Below, piece after piece: positions 20,843-29,805 of a DNA stretch of 64,000 nt. Numbering within the stretch: position 1 is the first letter of the stretch; each line of letters starts with the position of its first letter. This stretch comes from Flavobacteriales bacterium (GTDB lineage: Bacteria > Bacteroidota > Bacteroidia > NS11-12g > UBA955). Made by a program: the position numbers and the translations under genes. The notes beneath the pieces were generated by a model. The model had not been told where the DNA came from. It saw nothing but the letters and a program-made list of their open reading frames with translations, and did no database searches. The stretch covers positions 53,082 to 117,081 of the forward strand of contig CANMCY010000002.1 in NCBI GenBank assembly GCA_947496375.1, given 5' to 3'.

Positions 20843-21190
20843 CTACGCCGTGTGGTTGGTGTCCCGCCAATCACTGTTTTAGACAGTCGGGGATGACGCC
20901 AACCGTAGGGTAAATCTATGATTAATCCGTTATTTCACTCCTTCGGAGTTCCGTGTATCGATTATGGCATTTTCTATGAAAATGCCGCTCCTTCGGAGCT
21001 AAGCAAACCCTTTTGCGACCTGTACCGTCGCCGTGTGGTTGGCGTCCCTGCCAATCAATGTTTTAGGTGGTCGGGGATGACGCCAACCGTAGGGTAAATC
21101 TATTATTAATCCGTTATTTCACTCCTTCGGAGTTCCGTGTATCGATTATGGCATTTTCTACAAAAATGCCGCTCCTCCGGAGCTAACACC
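20843..21190. repeat. Two tandem ~182-bp copies of the dispersed hairpin-module repeat
   Basis: Unit runs cgccgtgtggttggYg...cactgttttag...ccaaccgtaggg...cactccttcggagtt...ggcattttcta(tg/ca)aaaatgcc...gctcc(ttcg/tccg)gagc. Copies begin at 20847 and 21029. Further hairpins gccccgtaggggcg and gcgccgtaggtgcggc follow at 21249-21315. Confidence 0.85.
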
Positions 21191-21368
21191 CATGGCTGTC
21201 CGTCGGGCTTCAGGTTCGTATTTCCGACAAACAAGCAGGGCACATCAAGCCCCGTAGGGGCGATATCTTAATAACACCGTCTAATAACCACACCTCAGCG
21301 CCGTAGGTGCGGCATATACAACGCCGATAACGCAGTAAACCTGCTGATATACCTGAAATAGAACTCCC

Positions 21369-21376
21369 TACCTTTG
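21369..21376 (+). promoter_or_regulatory. -7 box TACCTTTG 5 nt upstream of small ORF ATG
   Basis: Matches the TAnnTTTG consensus; the ATG is at 21381. Confidence 0.4.
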
Positions 21377-21380
21377 CACC

Positions 21381-21506
21381 ATGCCAATCCTAAGCACCGT
21401 TTTTGTTGTACTGCAATCCCAGCCCAAACAACCCAATTACTGGCTGCCCATACTCGCCGGAGCCATCATGGGAATAGGCCTGGCCTGGTGGCTGCGCCGC
21501 AGAAAG
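21381..21506 (+). CDS. putative 41-aa hydrophobic small protein (unlisted, below the 60-aa ORF cutoff)
   Basis: ATG ... TAA encodes MPILSTVFVVLQSQPKQPNYWLPILAGAIMGIGLAWWLRRRK. It has one predicted TM helix and a basic C-terminus, and its own -7 box. Confidence 0.3.
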
Positions 21507-21528
21507 TAACCCCTTATAAGAAAAAGCC

Positions 21529-21536
21529 GTATTTTT
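21529..21536 (+). promoter_or_regulatory. -7 box TATTTTTG 9 nt upstream of E1 gene ATG
   Basis: Matches the TAnnTTTG consensus; the ATG is at 21546. Confidence 0.45.
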
Positions 21537-21545
21537 GCACCACAA

Positions 21546-23954
21546 ATGGAAGATGCTGCCAATGCCCCCGCAGCCCTCACAAGGGAAGACTTTCGTAAAC
21601 AGGTACTCCACGATTACCGTATGGCCTGTGAAAGCCGTCAGGCAAGCCTCCTGGGCCGCAAGGAAGTACTGACCGGAAAAGCCAAATTTGGCATTTTCGG
21701 CGATGGAAAAGAAATAGCCCAGATTGCCATGGCCAAAGTGTTTCAAAACGGCGACTGGCGAAGCGGTTACTACCGCGACCAAACCTTTATGTTTGCCCGT
21801 GGCATGAGCACCGTGCAGCAGTTTTTTGCCCAGCTCTACGCCGACCCAGACACTGACCGCGAACCCGCCAGCGGAGGTCGCAGCATGAACGGACACTTCG
21901 CCACACGCCTGCTCGATGATCAAGGCAACTGGCTGCCCCAAACCGACCGCCCCAACTGCAGCGCCGATATCTCTCCCACCGCCGGACAAATGCCACGCCT
22001 GCTCGGTCTGGCACTGGCCAGCAAATTATACCGCGAAAACACCGCCCTGCACGGCTTCACCGACTTTTCCCTGAAAGGCAATGAAATCGCCTTTGGCACC
22101 ATTGGTAACGCCAGTACCAGCGAAGGCATTTTCTGGGAAACCATGAACGCCGCCTGTGTCATGCAGGTGCCGCTGCTCATGAGCGTGTGGGACGATGGAT
22201 ACGGCATCTCTGTACCTGCAAAATACCAGACAGCCAAAGAAAACATATCACGCCTCCTGAGCGGTTTTCAGACCGATAAGTTTGGACAGGGCATGGAAAT
22301 ATTTACGGTAAAAGGATGGGATTACGCCGAGCTCTGCAAAGTGTATAAACAGGCCGCCGACGTTTGCCGTCAAAAACATACCCCCGTGCTGGTGCACGTT
22401 ACCGAGGTTACCCAGCCCCAGGGCCATAGCACCAGTGGTAGCCACGAGCGCTACAAAAGCAAAGAACGCCTGGAGTGGGAACAGGAATATGACTGCATCA
22501 TAAAAATGCGCGAATGGCTTATTGCCAATGATTTGGCCACCGGCGAGGAAGCCGACGCCATTGAGGCGGAAGCCACCCAAAGCGTACGCGAAGCCCAGAA
22601 AGCGGCCTGGACCTCATTTCTGGGAAGCATCAAATCAGAGGTTGCCGGTTTTTGTAACATCATCAATACCCTGGCAGCTCAGGGAGTAGCTACCGCAGAA
22701 TTTGCAGAACTCAGCGCCGGTTTGCAGAGCAAATCAGACCCCCTGCGTAAGGATATTGGCAATGCGCTGCATAAAGCACTGCGCCTTACCGCATCACTCG
22801 ATGCACCCCAAAAACAATCCCTGCTTACCTATTACCGCGAGTTTACCGATTTAAACCACAACCGATACAGCAGTCATTTGCACAGCCAAAGCCCCGGCAA
22901 TGCGCTGTCAGTGCCCGAGGTTCTACCTGTATTTGGCGAGGAAACCGTAGACGGATACATGGTGGTTCGCACCTGCTTTGATGCGGCCATGCAAAGAGAC
23001 CCCAGGGTTTTCGCCTTCGGTGAAGACGTGGGCAAAATCGGAGATGTAAATCAGGGCTTTAGCGGCCTGCAGGAAAAATACGGAGAGCTGCGTGTAACCG
23101 ACAAGGGCATACGAGAATGGAGCATTGTGGGTGAAGGCCTTGGAGCTTCCATGCGTGGCCTGCGACCCATCGCCGAAATTCAATACCTCGATTACCTGCT
23201 CTATGCGCTGGAGGTAATGAGCGATGATATTGCCACCCTGCAGTACCGAAGCAAGGGCGGACAAAAAGCACCGGTGATTATCCGCACCCGCGGACACAGA
23301 CTTGAAGGCATCTGGCACAGCGGCAGCCCCATGGGAACCATCATCCATGCGGTGCGTGGCATGCACGTGTGTGTGCCCCGCAACATGACCCAGGCCGCCG
23401 GCATGTACAATACCCTGCTGAAAAGCGATGAACCTGCCCTGGTGGTGGAATGCCTGAACGGATACCGCATTAAGGAAAAACTCCCCTTGAATATGGATGA
23501 GTTTACCGTGCCTTTGGGACGTCCGGATACCCTGCGCTATGGCGAACACGCAACCCTGGTAACATACGGAAGTTGCTGCCGCGTTGCCATGGAAGCCGCA
23601 GAAATGCTGGCTGAACATGGCATTCGCCTGGAAATTATTGACGTGCAAACCCTGCTGCCTTTTGATGTGAACCACCTGATCGTGGAAAGCTTAAAGGAAA
23701 CCAATCGCCTGGTGGTATTGGATGAAGACGTACCCGGCGGTGCATCGGCATTTATTTTGCAACAGGTACTGGAAAATCAGCATGGTTATCAATACCTGGA
23801 TAGCGCACCGCTCACCATCACGGCACAACCACACAGACCTGCCTACGGCACCGACGGTGACTACTTCAGCAAACCCGGCGCCGATGAAATCTTTATGAAA
23901 ATATATGCCATGATGCATGAGGCAGACCCTGCTACCTGGCCTGCTTTGGTATAG
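21546..23954 (+). CDS. 2-oxoacid (alpha-ketoacid) dehydrogenase E1 component, fused alpha/beta subunits, TPP-dependent
   Basis: 802 aa. The N-terminal half resembles the E1-alpha TPP-binding domain and the C-terminal half resembles E1-beta (transketolase-like Pyr and C-terminal domains). This fusion is common in Bacteroidota. Confidence 0.8.
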   Translation: MEDAANAPAALTREDFRKQVLHDYRMACESRQASLLGRKEVLTGKAKFGIFGDGKEIAQIAMAKVFQNGDWRSGYYRDQTFMFARGMSTVQQFFAQLYADPDTDREPASGGRSMNGHFATRLLDDQGNWLPQTDRPNCSADISPTAGQMPRLLGLALASKLYRENTALHGFTDFSLKGNEIAFGTIGNASTSEGIFWETMNAACVMQVPLLMSVWDDGYGISVPAKYQTAKENISRLLSGFQTDKFGQGMEIFTVKGWDYAELCKVYKQAADVCRQKHTPVLVHVTEVTQPQGHSTSGSHERYKSKERLEWEQEYDCIIKMREWLIANDLATGEEADAIEAEATQSVREAQKAAWTSFLGSIKSEVAGFCNIINTLAAQGVATAEFAELSAGLQSKSDPLRKDIGNALHKALRLTASLDAPQKQSLLTYYREFTDLNHNRYSSHLHSQSPGNALSVPEVLPVFGEETVDGYMVVRTCFDAAMQRDPRVFAFGEDVGKIGDVNQGFSGLQEKYGELRVTDKGIREWSIVGEGLGASMRGLRPIAEIQYLDYLLYALEVMSDDIATLQYRSKGGQKAPVIIRTRGHRLEGIWHSGSPMGTIIHAVRGMHVCVPRNMTQAAGMYNTLLKSDEPALVVECLNGYRIKEKLPLNMDEFTVPLGRPDTLRYGEHATLVTYGSCCRVAMEAAEMLAEHGIRLEIIDVQTLLPFDVNHLIVESLKETNRLVVLDEDVPGGASAFILQQVLENQHGYQYLDSAPLTITAQPHRPAYGTDGDYFSKPGADEIFMKIYAMMHEADPATWPALV

Positions 23955-25017
23955 ATTTTTTGCGCAATTGCAATAAGTTGTTTACCCATATAAACAATGC
24001 AATAATGCTTGTTTTATATAGTAGCGCCCAGCGATAACTGTCCTCTCGCTTTGGTATTATAATCATAACTCCAAGAAGTAATACTATTCCAACTATATAG
24101 GTAGTATAGTATGACTTGGTTACGCAAAATTTAATATGAAATAAAACCAAAATGATAATTAATATCATCCATTCAATTAAATTAATAATATATACTACTA
24201 AATAATCATAATAAATCCGCTGATTAAAGCCCATTATTTGTAGCTTCCTTAACCCATATATCAGTGGCTGATGATGCAGCTTCATTCTTTCAGCAGATAT
24301 ATTTTGTTTTCGTTTGACAAACTCCGTAAACCTGAGTGTCTCTATGTTTTTATTTTTAATGAGTAACAGTAATTTCTCTAATAGCAATAAATCACTTTGC
24401 GTATTGATCTGGTAAGGATGAATTAACAAAACCAGCACCCCTCCAAAGTAATGTTTGCCATTAATTTGATCAATCGCATCCTGCACAGAATAACAGGTGG
24501 CGGGCAGGTACAACATATCCGAATTGCTTCTATCGCCAAACTCATTGGCAGAAATCATGTATAACCCATTTTCTCTTAGTAGCTCCAAGGTTCTTTTATC
24601 ATACGCATTCCAGGGTGGCGCAAAACACAGCGGATAAATTCCATATTCATTGAGGGTATCTGTTCCGGCCCTGACCTTTTGACGCATTAACCAATAGGGT
24701 ATATTTTTAAATTCACCTTCTGTTATTTTTTTATGCCTGTATCCATGCATAATAATTTCAATTTGTGAATGAAAATACAGGGTGTCGGGATGCTGGGCTT
24801 GAAGGAAAAGTTGAGGATTGCAAGGAATCATTCCTACATTGACGGCAATATTATGTTTGATAAATAGCCGTAATATTTTTTTGGTAGCACTGTCCGAATC
24901 TAAATAGCAGTCATCTAATCGGAACACCATCTGCAACTTGCTTTTTGCATGGGTGGCATGATTGGCAAAAACGCACACAGCCAGACAAAACACATATCGT
25001 AAAATGACCCTATTCAC
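23932..25017 (-). CDS. polysaccharide deacetylase-like (DUF2334-type) protein with C-terminal transmembrane segments
   Basis: Signal peptide, then MVFRLDDCY (the RLDD motif of NodB/DUF2334 deacetylase folds). The last ~120 aa are very hydrophobic and AT-rich. The gene's 3' end overlaps the E1 gene 3' end by 23 nt. Confidence 0.45.
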   Translation of the reverse strand: MNRVILRYVFCLAVCVFANHATHAKSKLQMVFRLDDCYLDSDSATKKILRLFIKHNIAVNVGMIPCNPQLFLQAQHPDTLYFHSQIEIIMHGYRHKKITEGEFKNIPYWLMRQKVRAGTDTLNEYGIYPLCFAPPWNAYDKRTLELLRENGLYMISANEFGDRSNSDMLYLPATCYSVQDAIDQINGKHYFGGVLVLLIHPYQINTQSDLLLLEKLLLLIKNKNIETLRFTEFVKRKQNISAERMKLHHQPLIYGLRKLQIMGFNQRIYYDYLVVYIINLIEWMILIIILVLFHIKFCVTKSYYTTYIVGIVLLLGVMIIIPKREDSYRWALLYKTSIIALFIWVNNLLQLRKKSIPKQAR

Positions 25018-25088
25018 CGAATTTACCGAGCAATTTACACATCCAATTTCAATTTTTGGAATATTTTCATTTAATTTGAATTTACCCT

Positions 25089-25559
25089 ATGCATAAATTA
25101 TTTTTCCATCTGTTGACCATGCTGTTTTGCACAACGGCAATTGCACAACAATCTGTTAATTCCGGCGGAGGAACTGCCACCGGTTCAGGCGGGGTGGTTA
25201 CCTTCACTACCGGACAATCTTCCTTTACCGTAGCCGATGGCACGGGCGGAAGCAGCAGTGCGGGCGTTCAGCAGGCGTACGTGATTACACCGACAGGAAC
25301 CCTGAATACGAACCTTGATATCGCGGTAAAAGTATTTCCAAACCCCACCGCTCACTTGCTGCAAATTGAGACCGGAAACCACATAGAACTGCGCTGGCAA
25401 TTGCTGGATGTTTCAGGCAAACAGGTGCAGTCCGGAAAAATAAAAAATGGGAAAGCTACGCTGGACATGGCATCCTACGCCCCAGGAAATTATCGGTTGA
25501 CCATTTGGCAAAAAAGCAATCGCTTACAAACTTTCAGCATACTAAAGAATACGCTGTAA
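25089..25559 (+). CDS. small T9SS C-terminal sorting domain protein
   Basis: Signal peptide MHKLFFHLLTMLFCTTAIAQ, a Gly/Ser/Thr-rich linker, and a C-terminal KVFPNPTAHLLQIE...GNYRLTIWQ CTD. Confidence 0.6.
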   Translation: MHKLFFHLLTMLFCTTAIAQQSVNSGGGTATGSGGVVTFTTGQSSFTVADGTGGSSSAGVQQAYVITPTGTLNTNLDIAVKVFPNPTAHLLQIETGNHIELRWQLLDVSGKQVQSGKIKNGKATLDMASYAPGNYRLTIWQKSNRLQTFSILKNTL

Positions 25560-25669
25560 AATAATATAGGCAATCTTAATCGTAATATTACGATAGATAA
25601 ATTAAGAACCTTATCAATCCCCTCATAAAAAAACTGGCATCGCAAACTGCTACCTATGGTTTAACCACC

Positions 25670-27094
25670 ATGGTGGGTCGATTGCTCAATTTTCTGCTGG
25701 TTCCGCTGTACACAGCTTCCCTGGGGAAGATAGATGAATATGGGCAGGTAAACGTGATGTTTAGCTATGCCGCCTTCATCGCAGTGATTGCGGCCTTCGG
25801 ACTGGAAACCGGTTTTTTCAACTTTGCCCGTAAAAAAGATGAATACAAACCCGAAAAGGTGTTTTCTACAGCCGTCATCGCGCTACTCTGCTCGGGATTT
25901 CTGTGGTTGCTGCTGGGCAATTTATATTCAGAGGGTTTAATGCGCATGGCCGGCTATCCCTCCAAGCCGCATTATGCGGTTTGGTTTACAGCCATTCTGG
26001 CAGCGGATGCCATTTCATCGCTGGGATTTGCATGGCTGAGGTTTACCGAACGGCCCTGGCGGTTTGTGCTGGTGCGTTCTATTAACATTGCGGTGAATAT
26101 CGGATTGAATCTTTTCTTTCTGTGGGGTTGCCCGCTATTGTTAGCAAAGGGTTATACCTGGATAAATTCAGTGTATGACCCCGCCCGATTGCTGGAATAT
26201 ATTTTCCTCAGCAATCTGGTTGCATCCCTCGTCACCCTGCCTCTGCTGGGCCGTGTCTGGATTAACCTGAAATGGGGCTTTGATTTCGGGTTATTTAAAA
26301 AACTGCTGATATACAGTCTTCCCATGGTTGTGGTAGGACTGGCCGGCATGATCAATGAGACCCTTGACCGCATTTTGCTAAAGAAAATACTTCCCGTCAA
26401 TGCAGGGGATTACGAAGCAGGTATATACGGAGCATTCTACAAGCTCAGCATGGTTATGACCTTGTTTGTACAGGCATTTCGATTTGCCGCAGAACCATTT
26501 TTCTTCAAGCAGGCGGAGAGTGACAAGGCCCCTCTCACCTACGCCCGGGTAATGTCTGTTTTTGTGTATGTATGCGGCTTTATTTATGTATCTACCCTGG
26601 CCTGTCTGCATTGGCTGGCACCCTTGCTCATCCGCAAACAGGACTATTTCACCGATGCCCGTGGCATGCAGATTGTGCCGGTTTTACTCATGGCCAACTG
26701 GTTGCTGGGCATTTACTATAACCTGAGCATCTGGTATAAGCTTAGCAACAAAACCACACTGGGGGCCTACACAGCACTGTTTGGAGCAGCCATAACCCTG
26801 ATTGGAAATATCGTCTTCATCCCTGAATACTCATTCATCAGTAGCGCCTGGACCACCCTGGCCGCCTACGGCGGAATGGTACTACTGGGTTACTTCTGGG
26901 GGCAACGGCATTATCCTGTACCCTATAAAAGCATGACCTTGATCAGTATTATGCTGTTTGCAGCCATTTTGGGGTACATGGCCCTTGCTTTTCAGCAAAT
27001 TATTCCGTATATTGCATATCTAACCATCCCCGCCTACCTGCTCGCCGTGTGGCTGGCAGAGGCACCCAGGAATGCTTCTCGTAAAAATCATTAA
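25670..27094 (+). CDS. oligosaccharide flippase family (Wzx-like) polysaccharide biosynthesis protein
   Basis: Multi-TM protein whose N-terminus [27 protein letters not shown] is typical of Wzx-like flippases. The true start is probably upstream at ATA 25625 (see findings); the coordinates given are the conservative ATG-to-stop span. Confidence 0.7.
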   Translation: MVGRLLNFLLVPLYTASLGKIDEYGQVNVMFSYAAFIAVIAAFGLETGFFNFARKKDEYKPEKVFSTAVIALLCSGFLWLLLGNLYSEGLMRMAGYPSKPHYAVWFTAILAADAISSLGFAWLRFTERPWRFVLVRSINIAVNIGLNLFFLWGCPLLLAKGYTWINSVYDPARLLEYIFLSNLVASLVTLPLLGRVWINLKWGFDFGLFKKLLIYSLPMVVVGLAGMINETLDRILLKKILPVNAGDYEAGIYGAFYKLSMVMTLFVQAFRFAAEPFFFKQAESDKAPLTYARVMSVFVYVCGFIYVSTLACLHWLAPLLIRKQDYFTDARGMQIVPVLLMANWLLGIYYNLSIWYKLSNKTTLGAYTALFGAAITLIGNIVFIPEYSFISSAWTTLAAYGGMVLLGYFWGQRHYPVPYKSMTLISIMLFAAILGYMALAFQQIIPYIAYLTIPAYLLAVWLAEAPRNASRKNH

Positions 27095-27506
27095 CCAATC
27101 CGGCAACCCGCTGCCCCAATATCAAACCAGCCACAGTGCCGGCATGGACCTCCATGCGCATTTGTTGGATTCCATCGTGCTGCAGCCGGGAGAAAGAAAA
27201 CTGATTCCTACCGGTTTAACCCTGGAACTGCCGGAAGGCCATGAAGCCCAGATACGCCCGCGCAGCGGGCTGGCCCTGAAACATGGCATTACAGTGCTCA
27301 ATTCTCCCGGAACCATCGATGCAGATTACAGGGGAGAGCTCAAAGTTTTACTGATTAACCTGGGGCAAGAACCCTTTGAGATAGCCAATGGCGAACGCAT
27401 AGCCCAAATGGTTATTGCCCGGCATGAAACCGTGAAATGGATGGTGGCCGAACAACTCACCGAAACGTCCCGTGGAGCCGGTGGTTATGGCAGCAGCGGC
27501 AAGTAG
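27072..27506 (+). CDS. dut: dUTP diphosphatase
   Basis: Motifs [26 protein letters not shown] and ERIAQMVI are characteristic of dUTPase. The gene overlaps the flippase 3' end by 23 nt. Confidence 0.9.
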   Translation: MLLVKIINQSGNPLPQYQTSHSAGMDLHAHLLDSIVLQPGERKLIPTGLTLELPEGHEAQIRPRSGLALKHGITVLNSPGTIDADYRGELKVLLINLGQEPFEIANGERIAQMVIARHETVKWMVAEQLTETSRGAGGYGSSGK

Positions 27507-27676
27507 CATAGCCCCTTAAAATGACAAAATCCGGGACGAACCCGGACCTTGTCTGCTATGAAAACTTAATCTACCCCACACAATAAACCACCCAACCTTG
27601 TATTTGTTTTTACCCTGATGATTTTTTTGCAACCTAAGTCACATTACAGGCGAAAATTTTATTGCACCTTTGTATC

Positions 27677-28417
27677 ATGATGAGATTAATGATGTTGTCG
27701 TCATTTGTTTTTGTAGCACTAGGCGCCTGTTCGCAGCAACCTAAACAAAGTGATAAAAAGTCTGTAACGGTTGTAAACCTCAACACCGCTGATTTTGAGG
27801 CCGGTATGAAAAAAACGCCTTCAAAAATTGTGTTGGATGTACGCACCGATGAGGAATTTAATAGCGGACATCTGGCGGGTGCCGTGAATATGAATGTGAA
27901 TGACCCCTCGTTTGCTGACCGTCTGAAACAGCTGGATACCACACAACCCGTATATGTTTACTGTCTGGCAGGAGGACGAAGTGCCCGTGCCGCCGAAATA
28001 CTGAAAGATATGGGATTCCCGGCTGTTTACAACATGGAAGGCGGAATGAGCCGCTGGACCTACGAAAACCGCGCTGTGGAAAGTCCGGGCGGTCAGGCAG
28101 ACAAAGGCATGAAAACAGCAGAATTTAATCAGTTAATTGCCTCCCAAAAGGAAGAGTGGGTTTTGGTCGATTTCTGGGCCAAATGGTGCGCTCCCTGCAA
28201 AAAAATCACCGCTTATTTGCCTGAAATTGAAAAAGAATTTGCCGGTAAAATCAGCATCGTAAAGATTAACTATGACGACAATCCCCGGCTGGTGAAAGAA
28301 CTGGGACTGGACAACGTGCCCTACCTGTTTCTGTACAAAAAAGGCACAGAGCAGTGGAAAAACAGCGGCTACATCGAAAAAGAAGCCCTCAGAGCAGCCC
28401 TAAACAAGGGACTTTAA
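27677..28417 (+). CDS. exported rhodanese-domain / thioredoxin-domain fusion protein
   Basis: Lipoprotein-like signal MMRLMMLSSFVFVALGAC. The rhodanese module (VLDVRTDEEFNSGHLAGAVN...YVYCLAGGRSARAA, active-site Cys in CLAGGR) is followed by a thioredoxin module (VLVDFWAKWCAPCKK). Confidence 0.75.
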   Translation: MMRLMMLSSFVFVALGACSQQPKQSDKKSVTVVNLNTADFEAGMKKTPSKIVLDVRTDEEFNSGHLAGAVNMNVNDPSFADRLKQLDTTQPVYVYCLAGGRSARAAEILKDMGFPAVYNMEGGMSRWTYENRAVESPGGQADKGMKTAEFNQLIASQKEEWVLVDFWAKWCAPCKKITAYLPEIEKEFAGKISIVKINYDDNPRLVKELGLDNVPYLFLYKKGTEQWKNSGYIEKEALRAALNKGL

Positions 28418-29706
28418 TCCTGACTGCGCATAAACCTTACCACACGCCCATCAGCGGTCTGAATCCAATACATGCCCGGTTTTAGCCCGGATATATCCAT
28501 GGCCTGATTATGCTGTATTGTCAACGTCTTGACCGAACGGCCTGAAAGATCTGCAATCCTGGCACTGCCCGTGTAATTAATGAATAAGGTATTTTCAGCG
28601 GGATTGGGCCAAACACTGAGCGGGGCTGTATGAACCGCTGTTGTGCCTGTCGTGGCGCACATCACCCTGTTTAAACGAGACCACATTTGTTCACCCAGCA
28701 GGAAAGGCACATCTCCCAGCTGCCCGGAAGGCGCGTTACCCATGCGAACCATCACCAGCTTTTTGGAAGGCGATACACACACAAATTGCCCGTCTTTACC
28801 GATGCCGGAATACAAATCTTTGGGCGCTGATGGGATGAATGACCCGGGAAAAACATTTTGTAATCCGGGAACCATGTAGGATGTCTTGCCATTCAGCCAC
28901 CAGAGATACCCATAACTGAGATTAAGGTTCTGAGATGTATTGACCATTTGCCGAACATAGCCGGTATCCCCCAGTATGGGTGTTCCATTCCATTTGAAGC
29001 CGTTTTGTGCCAGCAGGCCAAAACGGGCAAAGCTTCTGGCCTTGCTCAAGTAAACATTGTTGTAGCCGGATTTAATCCATAAGCCCGAAATACCGGTTTT
29101 GGTTTGCAGGGTCTGCTGTGTGTATAGATTCATGGTAGAACCGGTGGCATTTTCTATCACCTTGTCCAGAAGGGTGTAAGGCCCATTGTGGTATGCCCAG
29201 CGCGTACCGGGAGGCGCCTTGTACACAAGGCAGGATTTGAGGGTGCAGAAATGATCGGGAACATCGTCATCCAATCCGGTGGTCATGGTAAGATGGTGGC
29301 GCAGCGTAATGGCATCCTCCTGCGCTGATGTAAGACTGCTCCAGCCGCTGCCCAGGTAATCTGCACTGCGATCGCTGATTTTAAGTTTACCATCTTCCTG
29401 GGCTTTCCCAACCAATAAAGAAGTGAGGGTTTTACCTGCCGATGCCCAATACCAGAAGCTATCCTGGGTGAAAGTGCCAAAATATTTTTCCATGGCGATT
29501 TTACCGTCAACCAAAACAATAAATGCCTTGCTATTTTGATTTTGCAGGTATTGGTACAACGGGGCGATACTGTCTGTGCACCAGCCCAGACTTTTAGGGG
29601 AAACCGTATCCCAGAAAGCGGTTTGGTTTACCGGAGGATAGTAGGTGTTTTGCGCTTTAATACCGCCATAAGCCCACAGCAGCATTAACATCAGGAAATA
29701 TCTCAT
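28414..29706 (-). CDS. serine hydrolase (beta-lactamase/transpeptidase-like fold) with T9SS C-terminal sorting domain
   Basis: Signal peptide MRYFLMLMLLWAYGGIKAQ. An SxxK motif sits in WASAGKTLTS. The C-terminus VWPNPAENTLFIN...GMYWIQTADGRVVRFMRSQD is a T9SS CTD. Confidence 0.65.
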   Translation of the reverse strand: MRYFLMLMLLWAYGGIKAQNTYYPPVNQTAFWDTVSPKSLGWCTDSIAPLYQYLQNQNSKAFIVLVDGKIAMEKYFGTFTQDSFWYWASAGKTLTSLLVGKAQEDGKLKISDRSADYLGSGWSSLTSAQEDAITLRHHLTMTTGLDDDVPDHFCTLKSCLVYKAPPGTRWAYHNGPYTLLDKVIENATGSTMNLYTQQTLQTKTGISGLWIKSGYNNVYLSKARSFARFGLLAQNGFKWNGTPILGDTGYVRQMVNTSQNLNLSYGYLWWLNGKTSYMVPGLQNVFPGSFIPSAPKDLYSGIGKDGQFVCVSPSKKLVMVRMGNAPSGQLGDVPFLLGEQMWSRLNRVMCATTGTTAVHTAPLSVWPNPAENTLFINYTGSARIADLSGRSVKTLTIQHNQAMDISGLKPGMYWIQTADGRVVRFMRSQD

Positions 29707-29805
29707 GTATGTAATTAGACGCAAATATCTGTAAAAGGTTTAATCAGACCGGCAGGTTTCCCTACTATTGTTCAAACCAATCGCCGGTGTTTTCTTTGCA
29801 GCAGC

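Noticed and set aside
20843-21190. Tandem repeats that might be a CRISPR array
   Set aside because: The period is ~182 bp and the copies are near-identical long units. There are no short, regularly spaced direct repeats separated by unique spacers, and no cas genes nearby.
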